Source of the DNA: Candidatus Hydrogenedentota bacterium
GTDB lineage: Bacteria > Hydrogenedentota > Hydrogenedentia > Hydrogenedentales > CAILVY01
NCBI GenBank assembly: GCA_029565395.1
Contig: JAKQOG010000290.1
Span: 24,035-88,034 of the forward strand
Direction: 5' to 3'
DNA: 64,000 bases
Shown: piece by piece, positions 49,394 through 59,800 of the stretch
How the letters are laid out: every line of letters starts with the position of its first letter
How positions within the stretch are numbered: the first letter of the stretch is position 1
Translations under genes and position numbers: made by a program
Notes under the pieces: model-generated
Told to the model about the DNA's origin: nothing
Seen by the model: only the letters and a program-made list of their open reading frames with translations
The model's database searches: none

Positions 49394-51184
49394 CTAACCT
49401 CCCACCCGTTCATGACACGCATACACGGCGTCAAAACCGTCCTTGTTCGCTTCATGTTCGCCATACCAGACAGACTCATAGATTCCCGCGCCCTGCCGGA
49501 ACGCCGGAAGCAGTTCCGGACGCGCATGCTGGTGCCGGGCTAATTCCACGCCGTAATCCCGATTCGACTTGAACCGCGCTATCCGAATAAGGTCCAGGCG
49601 GGACATCCGCGCAAGCATCGCCAGGAATAACGCCCGGATCGCCAGACGGCACTCCCCTTGCTCCATCAATGTCTGGGCCATGCCCAGCCAACCCTCTTCC
49701 GGAAGTTGATCCGCCGATGTGTTTTCATCGGCAACATCCGGCACGGGCGTACTCCCCAGAACAGCCAGCACCGGCGTCTCCTGCCGGCGTTGTTTCCATA
49801 AGCGGAACAGCAATACTCCGATCGCGCCGATCAGGATAATGACGAGCACCACCAGTACCACCCGCAAAATATCCTTTATGGAATCCAATGTCCGCGGGGT
49901 TCGGTCCTTGCTGAACACACGATCCCGGTCCAGGAGCCAGTCAAAGAAACGGTCTATTGCATCCACCGTTTTCTTGGCAGCCCCGCGTATTGTCTCCGAA
50001 ATGTTGCGCAACGTCCGTACAATAAATCCCTCCTGGTTCGGATCCGGCGCCGGACGCGGCATGCGCCAGGTATACCGCATGCGGCTGAGTTCCTGATTCA
50101 GCGCCTTGTCCAGTTGCTGCGCCGTCACTGCATTGGGCCGGGCAACAGGCGCCGCCGCATCTTCTTGCGCCGAAACCGGTAAAGCAACCATCATCATTGC
50201 CGCCGTACCCGCGAATATCATCATCCACGCGGACATCCGCCGCACCCGCCGGAGAAGAATACGGAGATCTTCGCCGTTGCGGCGCGAGCGCCCATAAAAA
50301 CACCGCAGCACATACGCCGTCTTTATCGTGGGATCAAGAACCAGATAGGTCATGCCGCAAATAATCGCTATGAAGGTGCTGTTCTGCACGGCATTCCCGG
50401 ATTGCGAGAGGATCGTCTCAACACCCAGAAAGGAATCCAGCATCTGCGCGCCAAACATCAGGCCCGCGCCAAGATTGAGCGCGACGATAATGCCCACCGG
50501 CGCCAACGGCACAAACGCAATGGACAGCAACACCGCGTACAAATACGCCAATCCCCCCAGCAGCAAGGGCGACAATGAATCCATCACGGGCAGAAACGCC
50601 AGGTATAGCCCGGCCATCAACAACACGAGAAAGGGGCTCAAAAGCCATATCACAATATGGTTTTGCGCAGGCCAGAGTTTGGCCTGCGCCGTCGCATGAT
50701 CAAAAACCTCCCGCGCCGATGCGCCTCCGCCATCATCCAGCACCGTCGCATTTTGATAGGTGGCGTACACCCAGCCAAACGGAAACGCCGTCATCACGGC
50801 GAACGGCAGGGTGAAAAAGCCCGTCATCTGAATGATAGCCTGGAACGAAGCGGACCGGAGCCAGCGCCCCGCCGTCAAAGGCGCTGGAGGCTCATTTTTC
50901 AACCCGGCCATGAGCACATGGCAGAACCGTGCCTGCCATGTCTTCATCCAGACAAATAAAACCGCCATGCCCAGCGCCGCCAGCGGCAATATTGTTGTTG
51001 CCCCCGCGCTTTGAAGCATGGCGCCCCAGAACGTAATCGCCCCCGCCACAAACGGCAACGCCCCAATGTAATACACGGCCAGGACCGCCAGCGGCGTTCC
51101 TTTCAACACCAGCACGGCCTCTTCGGCAATTTGCAGACCGGAAGGACTGGTCTCTCGGGAAGGTTGCATCATGAACTGTCCCAA
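49394..51184 (-). CDS. Polytopic membrane protein with C-terminal DUF4129 domain
   Basis: About 10 TM helices, then a cytoplasmic/periplasmic DUF4129-like C-terminus (RALFLAMLARMSRLDLIRIARFKSNRDYGVELAR...YESVWYG). Confidence 0.65.
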   Translation of the reverse strand: MGQFMMQPSRETSPSGLQIAEEAVLVLKGTPLAVLAVYYIGALPFVAGAITFWGAMLQSAGATTILPLAALGMAVLFVWMKTWQARFCHVLMAGLKNEPPAPLTAGRWLRSASFQAIIQMTGFFTLPFAVMTAFPFGWVYATYQNATVLDDGGGASAREVFDHATAQAKLWPAQNHIVIWLLSPFLVLLMAGLYLAFLPVMDSLSPLLLGGLAYLYAVLLSIAFVPLAPVGIIVALNLGAGLMFGAQMLDSFLGVETILSQSGNAVQNSTFIAIICGMTYLVLDPTIKTAYVLRCFYGRSRRNGEDLRILLRRVRRMSAWMMIFAGTAAMMMVALPVSAQEDAAAPVARPNAVTAQQLDKALNQELSRMRYTWRMPRPAPDPNQEGFIVRTLRNISETIRGAAKKTVDAIDRFFDWLLDRDRVFSKDRTPRTLDSIKDILRVVLVVLVIILIGAIGVLLFRLWKQRRQETPVLAVLGSTPVPDVADENTSADQLPEEGWLGMAQTLMEQGECRLAIRALFLAMLARMSRLDLIRIARFKSNRDYGVELARHQHARPELLPAFRQGAGIYESVWYGEHEANKDGFDAVYACHERVGG

Positions 51185-51522
51185 TCATCTTCCAGGATCG
51201 TCTTATGCTCGTGAAACGTCGAAGGCACGGAGAGCAGCGCCTTTCCTATCACAAAAAATGACCCCCACAAAACCAGCACCCCCAACGCTATCCGGAAAAC
51301 CATGCGCAATGATCCAAAATTCCGTTTCTGGTCAAGTTGCGCCTTAGCGGTTTCTTCTGCAATGCACGCCGCACACAATAACCGGTTGCGGTGCTCCGAA
51401 ACACATTCCCGGCAAAAAAAACGCCCGCATTCCGGACACCGCGCCGCCGCCTCGCGCTGCGCATGATTGAAACACCGCGATTGCGCGAAACTCACATGCT
51501 TGCTGTCAACGTGTTGTTCCAT
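51169..51522 (-). CDS. Small zinc-ribbon membrane protein (4-Cys-pair zinc ribbon plus C-terminal TM helix), first gene of the operon
   Basis: 118-aa product: CFNH...CPECGRFFCRECV...CAAC, then TM MVFRIALGVLVLWGSFFVIG. Start taken at MEQHV (51522) within the longer ORF 51169..51957. Confidence 0.5.
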   Translation of the reverse strand: MEQHVDSKHVSFAQSRCFNHAQREAAARCPECGRFFCRECVSEHRNRLLCAACIAEETAKAQLDQKRNFGSLRMVFRIALGVLVLWGSFFVIGKALLSVPSTFHEHKTILEDDWDSS

Positions 51523-51694
51523 CGGATGCCTGAGAGTGTTGCGCATGCCGCCCAACGGCACGCTCCTCAGCCTATGGTAGGTATTCAGGCATCGCAGATC
51601 AATTTTGTTCCCTCCGGAGACAACCACAGCCCGCACGGAGAGGAAGGGGTATGGTATACTCGTGTTTTTCCACAAAATTACGAAGGTTTTGTGA

Positions 51695-53155
51695 ATGTCC
51701 GAAACCCCCATCGTCCTGAGCACGGTGACCGGACGGTATACCCATGCCGCCTTCGGTTTGCGTTGGCTGTATGCCAATCTGGGGCCCTTGAAAGAAAAAA
51801 CAATTATTCGCGAATTCCACCTCCAACAACCGCCTTTGGAAATCGCGGAACGCCTCCTGGCGGAAAAGCCGCGCATTCTCGGCCTCGGCGTATATATCTG
51901 GAACGTGAACCTCATCACCCAGGTGGCGCAAACCATCAAAGGCGTGCAGCCGGACATCTCCCTCGTTCTCGGCGGTCCGGAAATCAGTTTCGAGTACGAA
52001 AATACACCATTATTCGATACCGCCGATTACATTGTTTGCGGGGAAGGCGAAACAGCCTTCGCGCAACTCGCCGAAGCCATTTTGGAGAACCGTTCACCCG
52101 CGCAAAAAGTAATTCAAGCGGATCGGCTCGATGTGGCCCAACTGCAGCTTCCATACGATGCCTATACGGATCTCGATATCACGCGGCGGCTGGTATACGT
52201 GGAAGCCTCGCGGGGCTGTCCATTCCGATGCGAGTTCTGTCTGTCTTCCCTGGATCCCCATGTGCGCGATTTCCCATTGGAACCTTTTCTCGACGCCCTT
52301 AAAACACTCATTGAGCGCGGTGTGCGCAATATTCTCTTCGTGGACCGCACCTTCAACCTGAAAACAGAACGCGCCGATGCCATCCTCCGCTTTTTCCTTG
52401 AACACTGGCGCGAAGGGCTCCGGGTCCATTTTGAGATTGTGCCCGGCCGTCTGAATGAAACCCTGCTGCGCCGCATGGCGGAATTTCCTCCCGAAGGCCT
52501 GCATCTCGAAGTGGGCGTGCAAACCTTTACTCCCGAAGTGCTCGAAAACATCTCCCGGCGGCAGGATAATCTCAAGACGATAGAAACCATCCACTTCCTG
52601 CGCGAACACACCGGCGTTCTGCTCCATGCCGACCTGGTGGCGGGATTGCCCGGCGAATCCTGGGAAAGTTTTGGCGCCAGTTTCGATCAACTGCTGGCCT
52701 TGCGTCCGCATGAAATCCAGGTAGGCATTCTAAAGCGCCTGAAAGGCGCCCCCATCGCGCGGCATATCCCCGGATTCCACATGGTTTTTTCACCCCAAGC
52801 CCCCTACGACATCTTGCAAACGGACCACCTCAATTTCACCCAAATGCAACGCATCAAACGATTCGCACGCTATTTCGACCTGTATTACAACTCAGGTAAT
52901 TTCCCCACAAGCCTGCCGATCCTGTGGCATAGCCGCCCCTCTGCCTTTGAAGCAGGCATGGCCTTTACGGACTACCTGTGGAACACCACCGGACGCACCC
53001 ACGAATTCCCCTTGGCCCAACTCGCCCGCCATCTCTACGATTTCCTGATACAATCCCCTGCGGCTGATCCCGCCGCCATCGCCGAAACCATCAAAAGCGA
53101 CTTCCACCACATCCCTGGCCGCAAAGACAAACTGTCGTTTCTAAAGAATTGCTAA
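51695..53155 (+). CDS. B12-binding radical SAM protein with C-terminal DUF4080
   Basis: N-terminal B12-binding-like domain; radical SAM CxxxCxxC (EASRGCPFRCEFC); conserved DUF4080-type C-terminal extension. Confidence 0.8.
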   Translation: MSETPIVLSTVTGRYTHAAFGLRWLYANLGPLKEKTIIREFHLQQPPLEIAERLLAEKPRILGLGVYIWNVNLITQVAQTIKGVQPDISLVLGGPEISFEYENTPLFDTADYIVCGEGETAFAQLAEAILENRSPAQKVIQADRLDVAQLQLPYDAYTDLDITRRLVYVEASRGCPFRCEFCLSSLDPHVRDFPLEPFLDALKTLIERGVRNILFVDRTFNLKTERADAILRFFLEHWREGLRVHFEIVPGRLNETLLRRMAEFPPEGLHLEVGVQTFTPEVLENISRRQDNLKTIETIHFLREHTGVLLHADLVAGLPGESWESFGASFDQLLALRPHEIQVGILKRLKGAPIARHIPGFHMVFSPQAPYDILQTDHLNFTQMQRIKRFARYFDLYYNSGNFPTSLPILWHSRPSAFEAGMAFTDYLWNTTGRTHEFPLAQLARHLYDFLIQSPAADPAAIAETIKSDFHHIPGRKDKLSFLKNC

Positions 53156-53165
53156 GGACGTTCCC

Positions 53166-54236
53166 TTACAGATCTTCCATCAGACGGGCAATGTCTTCGG
53201 GCGCGGGTAACAACCCTTCAAGTTCTTTTGGCAAAGTAGGGACTATGCAATACTCTGCAACACCGATGGGCTTGGCGGAATTGCGCAAGGCATATTCAAC
53301 AATGGTGGTATTCTTGTCTTTACATAGAATGATTCCGATGGAAGGGTTTTCACCTTCTTCCCGTACAGTGTCATCAAGAATGGCAAGATAAAACTGCATC
53401 TTGCCCACATATTCTGGTTCAAACTCGCCCACCTTCAATTCAAAGGCAACAAGACACCGAAGCTTCCGATGGAAAAGCAGGAGATCAACAAAGTATTCCT
53501 TGCCTGCGACTTCGAGCCGATACTGGCTGCCAATAAAGGCAAACATTCCACCCATGGCGCGAAGGAAATCCTCGACACGAGACAAGATAGCATGTTCGAG
53601 TTCACGTTCAGAATGTTCTTCGCCCAGCCCGAGAAAATCGAACAGGTATTCGTCTCTCAATGCAAGTTTGGCTTGGTCTCGGATGGATTCTGGCAAGGTA
53701 CTATCAAAGTTGGTTTGACTGATAAGAGTCTTTTCATAAGTCTGGTTCTCAATTTGATGAAGGAGAACACGTTTTGTCCATCCCATTCGGCGCGTCATTT
53801 TAATGTAAAATTCTCGCTGAAGTGGATCCTTGCAGTGTTCTAAAATGACTACATTGTGGCTCCAGGCAATTTCTGCAACCAATGGCTGCAGTTTTTCACA
53901 GTCCGCATAAGTAATGTATAAGTTCCTCATATTCCATATGTTACGAACTGAAAATCCCTGAATACCAGGGAACTCATTCTGAAGATCATGCGCCAAATTC
54001 TCTACCACCGCCTTGCCCCAGGATTCCCCCTGCTGACGCTCGACGATCATACGGCCAATATCCCAGTAAAGGGCAATTAACTCCTTGTTGACGGCCTTCA
54101 GTGCGGCATACTGGGCGGACCGTATACGCTCTTTTACATCCCGTAGCAAGTTGGCATACTCAACGGGAACCTGGCCGGGCTGTGACGCTATTTCGGCTTT
54201 GGACTCATTCGCATGGTGTTCTTTTGTCATATGCAA
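53166..54236 (-). CDS. YhcG/DUF1016-family PD-(D/E)XK nuclease-domain protein
   Basis: DUF1016 N-terminal region (YWDIGRMIVERQQ...) and a C-terminal PD-(D/E)XK core (VDLLLFHRKLRCLVAFELKVGEF); local GC (~46%) well below the flanks. Confidence 0.7.
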   Translation of the reverse strand: MHMTKEHHANESKAEIASQPGQVPVEYANLLRDVKERIRSAQYAALKAVNKELIALYWDIGRMIVERQQGESWGKAVVENLAHDLQNEFPGIQGFSVRNIWNMRNLYITYADCEKLQPLVAEIAWSHNVVILEHCKDPLQREFYIKMTRRMGWTKRVLLHQIENQTYEKTLISQTNFDSTLPESIRDQAKLALRDEYLFDFLGLGEEHSERELEHAILSRVEDFLRAMGGMFAFIGSQYRLEVAGKEYFVDLLLFHRKLRCLVAFELKVGEFEPEYVGKMQFYLAILDDTVREEGENPSIGIILCKDKNTTIVEYALRNSAKPIGVAEYCIVPTLPKELEGLLPAPEDIARLMEDL

Positions 54237-54310
54237 CGCATCCCCTCCTCACAAAACATTGCTCCGTAATTGCTCAGCATCATGTATATATATCTTACCA
54301 AACGGTAAAA

Positions 54311-56047
54311 TCAAAAGATACAAAATCCGTCTTCCCCCGCATCGCACGCCTGATACCCCCCGCTATTGTACAACTGCATCAGCCGGAGCAGTTCGGAAAG
54401 ATCGATTTTCCAATCGGCGGGATTATAATCGCTCGAATGCTGCGGGAAGGACCACCGGTTGCCATCACTCAAGCCGTAATCATCCTCGCTTCCAGGATCG
54501 CAGTGATATCCATACGAACGCGCGGGATATGATTGATAAAGCTGTATCCCGCGAAGCAATTCGGAAAGACTGATATGATGGTCGCTGTTAATATCGGCTG
54601 AATGCACCGACGCGGGATGCGATCCATCGGAGGTCAATGTAATGTCCCGGCGCGTAGTGCTTCCGGAAACCACCGTAACCCCGCTGATCGTACGGGAAAC
54701 ATATCCTGGCGCGGAAACCGCCAGCGTATAGGTCCCCGGCAGGAGCATCCGGTGATAATCGCCCACATCCGGATCAGTAATCACCGGATGATCGATTCCC
54801 TGAACGCTTATCCTCGCATACACCGGCGCACCCGTAGAGGCATCGGTGACAACTCCGCGTACCCCCCAATGCACCGTTTCCATATAGGAAAGCATCGATT
54901 CCCGGTTGTACTCCCAAAACTGTCCCAGCGTCGATTGCGCGGGCTTCTTGGTATTGGATAGCTCAATCGTCATCTGATTGTTACTGGCGTACCGGTAGTT
55001 CCAGTCCTGCATCCCCCCATACACCGTGTACCACGCGGCCCCGTTGGTGATCCCGTGCTCAAACAAGAAATTGTTCCACATCGGCGTATTATATTGTGAA
55101 TATACTTCCGCCACTTGAATGAACAGCGCATCATCCGGGGAAATGGTATACGTGTTTGCCGGAGCATCGCCCTCATCAAACGGATAATTCACCACCAGCG
55201 CGCCTGTATGAAAATTCGCGGAAAGCGTGAAACTGTGCTGCGCGGTCCAGCGCATCATGTGCTGCACTTCCGTGGGACGTCCCGGCGCATCGATCATCCC
55301 GCCATCCAGAAGATTTTCCGAGGGGCCGTCCTGAACATAACTCGGGAAGTTCCGGTTCAGATCAAAGCCCTGTGCATTATACCGCGTGCCGTTAGTGAGC
55401 CCGTCCGGATTCATCAAGGGCACAATCCAAATCTCCGTTTCATCCACCAACTGCGTAGCGCGCACCCCATCTTCCGTATACGCGCCATAATTGCTCAGCA
55501 ACCACTTGATCAACTGCAGGCACATCTCCGTGCCAATCGGTTCATCCCCATGGATGGTGGAAACATATTTGAACTCCGGCTCATCCTCCTCCGCATCCGG
55601 ATTGGCCGTAATTTTCACCGCCCAGAGCGTACGCCCGTTCACCGAATCCCCCAGCGAATACAACCGGCAGATGGACGGGTAATCGTTCGCATATTCCTGC
55701 AAGGCCGATGTCAACGAGGAATAACTGTGATACACCCAGACGGCCTTGGATACTTCATCGAACACCGGCGGATTCGGCTGACATTCCACTACCCTATAAG
55801 TCAAACCATGACTTTCGATCTGCCGTAATTCTTCTTCCCGCGCATACACCCGGATCCGGCCCTCCGCCATCCCGTCCACATCAAAGTGATTCCTCACCAA
55901 AAAATCCAGTGTTTCCCTGGAACCTTGTTCCACTTCAATCACATACACCCGCCCCAGGACCAAATCATCCGATGCGGATGAAGCCCCCAAAAGGGAAATT
56001 GCAGCTACAACATACAGTCCAATAAACATGCGCACCACTATCGGCAA
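54311..56047 (-). CDS. Secreted M14-family zinc carboxypeptidase with carboxypeptidase-regulatory-like beta-sandwich and two C-terminal dockerin-like repeats
   Basis: Signal peptide; M14 zinc-ligand block STIHGDEPIG; CarbopepD_reg-like segment GVVTDASTGAPVYARISVQG...PGTYTLAVSAPGY; C-terminal repeats DINSDHHISLSELLRGIQLYQS and DWKIDLSELLRLMQLYNS. Confidence 0.7.
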   Translation of the reverse strand: MPIVVRMFIGLYVVAAISLLGASSASDDLVLGRVYVIEVEQGSRETLDFLVRNHFDVDGMAEGRIRVYAREEELRQIESHGLTYRVVECQPNPPVFDEVSKAVWVYHSYSSLTSALQEYANDYPSICRLYSLGDSVNGRTLWAVKITANPDAEEDEPEFKYVSTIHGDEPIGTEMCLQLIKWLLSNYGAYTEDGVRATQLVDETEIWIVPLMNPDGLTNGTRYNAQGFDLNRNFPSYVQDGPSENLLDGGMIDAPGRPTEVQHMMRWTAQHSFTLSANFHTGALVVNYPFDEGDAPANTYTISPDDALFIQVAEVYSQYNTPMWNNFLFEHGITNGAAWYTVYGGMQDWNYRYASNNQMTIELSNTKKPAQSTLGQFWEYNRESMLSYMETVHWGVRGVVTDASTGAPVYARISVQGIDHPVITDPDVGDYHRMLLPGTYTLAVSAPGYVSRTISGVTVVSGSTTRRDITLTSDGSHPASVHSADINSDHHISLSELLRGIQLYQSYPARSYGYHCDPGSEDDYGLSDGNRWSFPQHSSDYNPADWKIDLSELLRLMQLYNSGGYQACDAGEDGFCIF

Positions 56048-56137
56048 TCAACCGCATCCTTGTCAAATAAGGAAAACCTCATTGCATGCAACATGAAATA
56101 TGGCAATCCGATGGGAGTATAGAATGGCATTCGATGA

Positions 56138-56437
56138 TCACCTTACTTCAATAAGTTCGAGGCGAAGGCGCTTCCCTACTGCGGCTGCTGCACGCTGCAG
56201 CGTATGCAATGTAACGGAGGTATTAGTGGCATCCAACAAACGATCAAGTGCCGGCCTGCTTGTGCGCATACGACGCGCCATCTGTGCTTTTGAAAGCCCT
56301 TCAGCCCTCATTGCCTGATCTATCTGCATGGCAAGAAGTTCTTTGATGGCACGTTCCTCGCACTCTTCCAATATCCCCTCCTCCGCCAAAAAATCATCAA
56401 ACAATGATCCAATATTTCCCTTATTCTGTTTCTTCAT
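56138..56437 (-). CDS. XRE-family HTH antitoxin (HigA-like)
   Basis: 99-aa product with HTH region (LSKAQMARRMRTSRPALDRLLD); immediately downstream of and co-oriented with the Gp49-like toxin gene; low local GC. Confidence 0.6.
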   Translation of the reverse strand: MKKQNKGNIGSLFDDFLAEEGILEECEERAIKELLAMQIDQAMRAEGLSKAQMARRMRTSRPALDRLLDATNTSVTLHTLQRAAAAVGKRLRLELIEVR

Positions 56438-56460
56438 GGTAAAACCACCTCCATCATTTC

Positions 56461-56805
56461 CTATCGCCTTATTAGTGACTTCATCCGTTTGTAAGCAAGT
56501 TCAATGTCTTGGCTTGGTGTTTTCTGCGTTTTCTTAATAAAACCATGAAAAAGAACCATGGTCCCTTCCACAAAGCCAAAAATAACTCGCGCTATTCTGC
56601 CGTCAGATATGTTGCTCCGTATTTCCCAAAGACCAGATCCCAAGGATCGACACACTGGAAGCCCAATAGACCAGCCAAATTCAACTTTTTGGATATCTTT
56701 CCCAATGGTTTTTCGGTCATTAGCGTCCAATTCTTTTAACCACTGGCGAACGGGTTCCTCCCCGCTTTCAGCGGCAAAAAATCGCGCTGGAACTTTTTTA
56801 TACAT
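56461..56805 (-). CDS. Gp49-like (PF05973/DUF891) RelE/HigB-superfamily toxin
   Basis: 114-aa product; the blocks ARVIFGFVEGTMVLFHGFIKKTQKTPSQDIELAYKRM are the hallmark of phage Gp49-like addiction-module killer proteins. Confidence 0.6.
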   Translation of the reverse strand: MYKKVPARFFAAESGEEPVRQWLKELDANDRKTIGKDIQKVEFGWSIGLPVCRSLGSGLWEIRSNISDGRIARVIFGFVEGTMVLFHGFIKKTQKTPSQDIELAYKRMKSLIRR

Positions 56806-56887
56806 AGCCTTCTCTTATAGTATGCATCAAATTTGGTGCGCGGTCAAGGGGACACTATTTAGAACGCGAGATGTAAACGAATACCTC

Positions 56888-59800
56888 TCATTCCGGCACC
56901 GCCTGATACAACGTATGGCCATTCGCGGCGAGTTTGACCATCGCCCACGTGGCGGTTGCCGGATCGGAGAATCGGAACAGTACATCCTGGCTTTGAAATG
57001 GCGGCACGGCGACGGCCGCGCGGCGAGGCAATACGGTCACCTTGGGGGATCCTCCGAGTTCCGGCCAAAATTCCACCGGCACGATCAAGTCCACAAATCC
57101 TTCCGAGGGGATGCCGCTTTTATTCTGTATGGTGACCTTCACCTGTGCCTCGTTGCGTGACACGGTCATTGCCAGCGGCTGCTCCATCCGATCCAGCACA
57201 TCGCGAATGATCTGATCCTTATAGGTGGTCCAGGCCACCAGCCCGCCGGTGTCCGCGCCCAACGTGGGCGATACCACGGAGATATCCTCTTCTTTAGACT
57301 CGCCCGGCTTCAGGTTGTAATAAAATTGCCCAGGACCCACGCTCCAGCCATCCGCGGCTTGAAGATATACAATCCCTTCGAGCGTCTTGTCGGACAGATG
57401 ATTGGCAATCACCGCCTCCACTTTCGTTTCCGCCTCCTCCAGGCTGCCCCGCAACACCAGCGACAGCGGCATGTTCCCCAAAGGCGCCGTGCCCAGGTGA
57501 TGTTCCCAATAACGGCTGTGCACCGGGCCAAAGAGATCTGCCTCCGGCCCCAGGGTTGCGCGTTCGCCATGCGTAAAGCGCGTGGTGGGCAGCATCCACA
57601 CGGTATCCACATCAAACCCATTCGATTCCAGACGAATCGACGCATCTTCCCCCTTCAACGTCTTGCCGGGATCTTCGAGCAGCGTCGAATACGATGCGCT
57701 GGTAAACGGCACGAAGAATTGGAGGTTTCCCTTCCAGGGCCGGCCGGTGGCTTCCCAGCCACGCATCACCAGCCCATTGCGCGGATGCGCGGCATTGGCC
57801 TGCATCGAAGCCATAGCGTACCCCGCCGGTTTCAACGTGCTCATAAGCCAACCAGGCGGATTTACCTCCAAAAACCCTTGCAGGCCCGGCTGATGTCCCG
57901 TATGCAAATCAGAAACCGACGTCAAGAACAGCTCATTATACGCGCGCGCTTCCCGCGCCACTGCGGCATCGCGCCAATCACCGTCAAATGGACATAAGGC
58001 ATACTGGAACGTTTGGACGTTCTCCGGGGCCGCGCCATGCGCCAACCCCACTGCAAGCGTGCCATCACGCTCCAGGCTGCATAGCTTTGCCCCCTGGAAA
58101 AACACCGCAACACCATTCGTGGCCTTCGCTGGTGTTTTTTCGGGAAGATAACCCGAGGGCGGCAAGTCATAGTGTCCGCGCGAACCCACCGATTCTGCAA
58201 AATCCGAAGCCATGGCGGCACTGCGATCCGGCGCCGCGCCCGCCAGAATTATTGTCGGAACCGGCGCATATCCTTCCGGGACCATTCCGTCTTCAAGATA
58301 CAGCGCCGCGCCCTGCGGAACCTGTTCCAAGAATTGCTTCGCTGCGGTCTCCGGCAATTCCTTTACCAACCGTCCACACACCGTATTCTGTGCAGGATCC
58401 CCGATCACGATTCGCATCGCCGCGCCATGATCCAGATCCGCGTCCAGGTTCACGAATTCTGTCGAATCCGTCCACAAAAAATCCGGCTTATCGGGCGCAT
58501 CGGACGTCATGCCCGCGGGAATGCCCCGCCGCACCAGCGCATTCATCACGGTGCGCGCCGCCTCTTTCAATGCCGGAACTTTTCCATAAACAATCTGGCA
58601 CGGCCCCAGCGGTACAGCACCCTCAAAACCAATCTGTATGCAGTCAGTTGGCGAAACCGCCACCCAGTCCAAGGCCGGTTGCGCGCCAGTGCCCGACGGA
58701 TTCTCCGCGCCCTTGCTGCGGAAATCGAACGTGGACCGGCTGCGGCGTCCCGCCACCGCTCCGAAACGTTCGCCAAACACTGGCGCCCGCTGTTCCGATG
58801 GCACGGAAAACAGCGCCACAAGCATTTTCCCTTCCAGGTTCACTCCTTCAGTTCGGGTTTCGCAATCCACGCGCGGCACGCCTCGGTATAGGGTAATTTC
58901 CCGCGTCAATGTTCCCCCGCCAAACGGGCCGCGCACTGCAAGCTTCTGCATCCCCTCCAGGATCTCACTCTTCACCTCTTCGGGTTTTTCCGTGGAGACC
59001 GTTTGCTTGCCGGTGGTCCAAAGTTCCCTGCCGGAATCCGTTTGCGCGGAATCTTCCTCCAGCAGAATCAATTGATTCATCGGCCCTTTGGCATAATCGA
59101 CATTTGTGCGCTTATCCAATAATTTGCGAATCGCACCGGTTGCGGCATCCAAGGCCACCAGGAAAAACTCATTTTCGATCTGCGCATCGCCGCGCACCAC
59201 CGCCTCTTGTGGTTTTCCCTCTGGTTGAATATAAAACGTTCGATAGCCGGCCGCAGGGATATTTTGCGCCACAAACCGGACCCGCGCGGCGCGCACCGCC
59301 TGTTTCGATGCATCTGTGTACCGTATCCGATCCGCCTGAAACGGCACGGCATTCCCAAAATTATCTAAAAGTGCAAGCCCCTTCGCGTTGTCCAGCTCCA
59401 CTTCCACTTCGCACACGTCCGTGCGCGGCCACGAAGAGGGATTAAACACCACCAGCGCCTTCACGCCCTCCATACTGATTGGCGCGGTTTTTAGCGTATC
59501 CGCTTCTTTGGCCACGTACGCCAGCGACTTGCGCAACACCCCGTCGATCAACTCCGCCAATTCCCGGTATGCGGAGAGCGTGTCCGCATAGGCCTCTTCC
59601 GAAGAAGCCACGCCCAGCCGGTCCGGAGCGCTCCAATACATAATGCTCCGCCACGCACGATCCAGCGCCACATCCGGATAGTCCGCCCCCAGCAGCGCCG
59701 CCACGGACGCAAACCGTTCCGCGATCAATAAACGGTTTTCCGCGATGGCATGCGCGCGTTTGAGATCCGGTTGCGCCAGCACGGCCCCCGGATACCGCGC

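Noticed and set aside
51523-51957. N-terminal 145 aa of ORF 51169..51957
   Set aside because: Trp/Arg-rich with no motif, and it would run through the divergent promoter region shared with the radical SAM gene. The zinc-ribbon/TM module starts at MEQHV (51522). Confidence in this trimming is moderate only.
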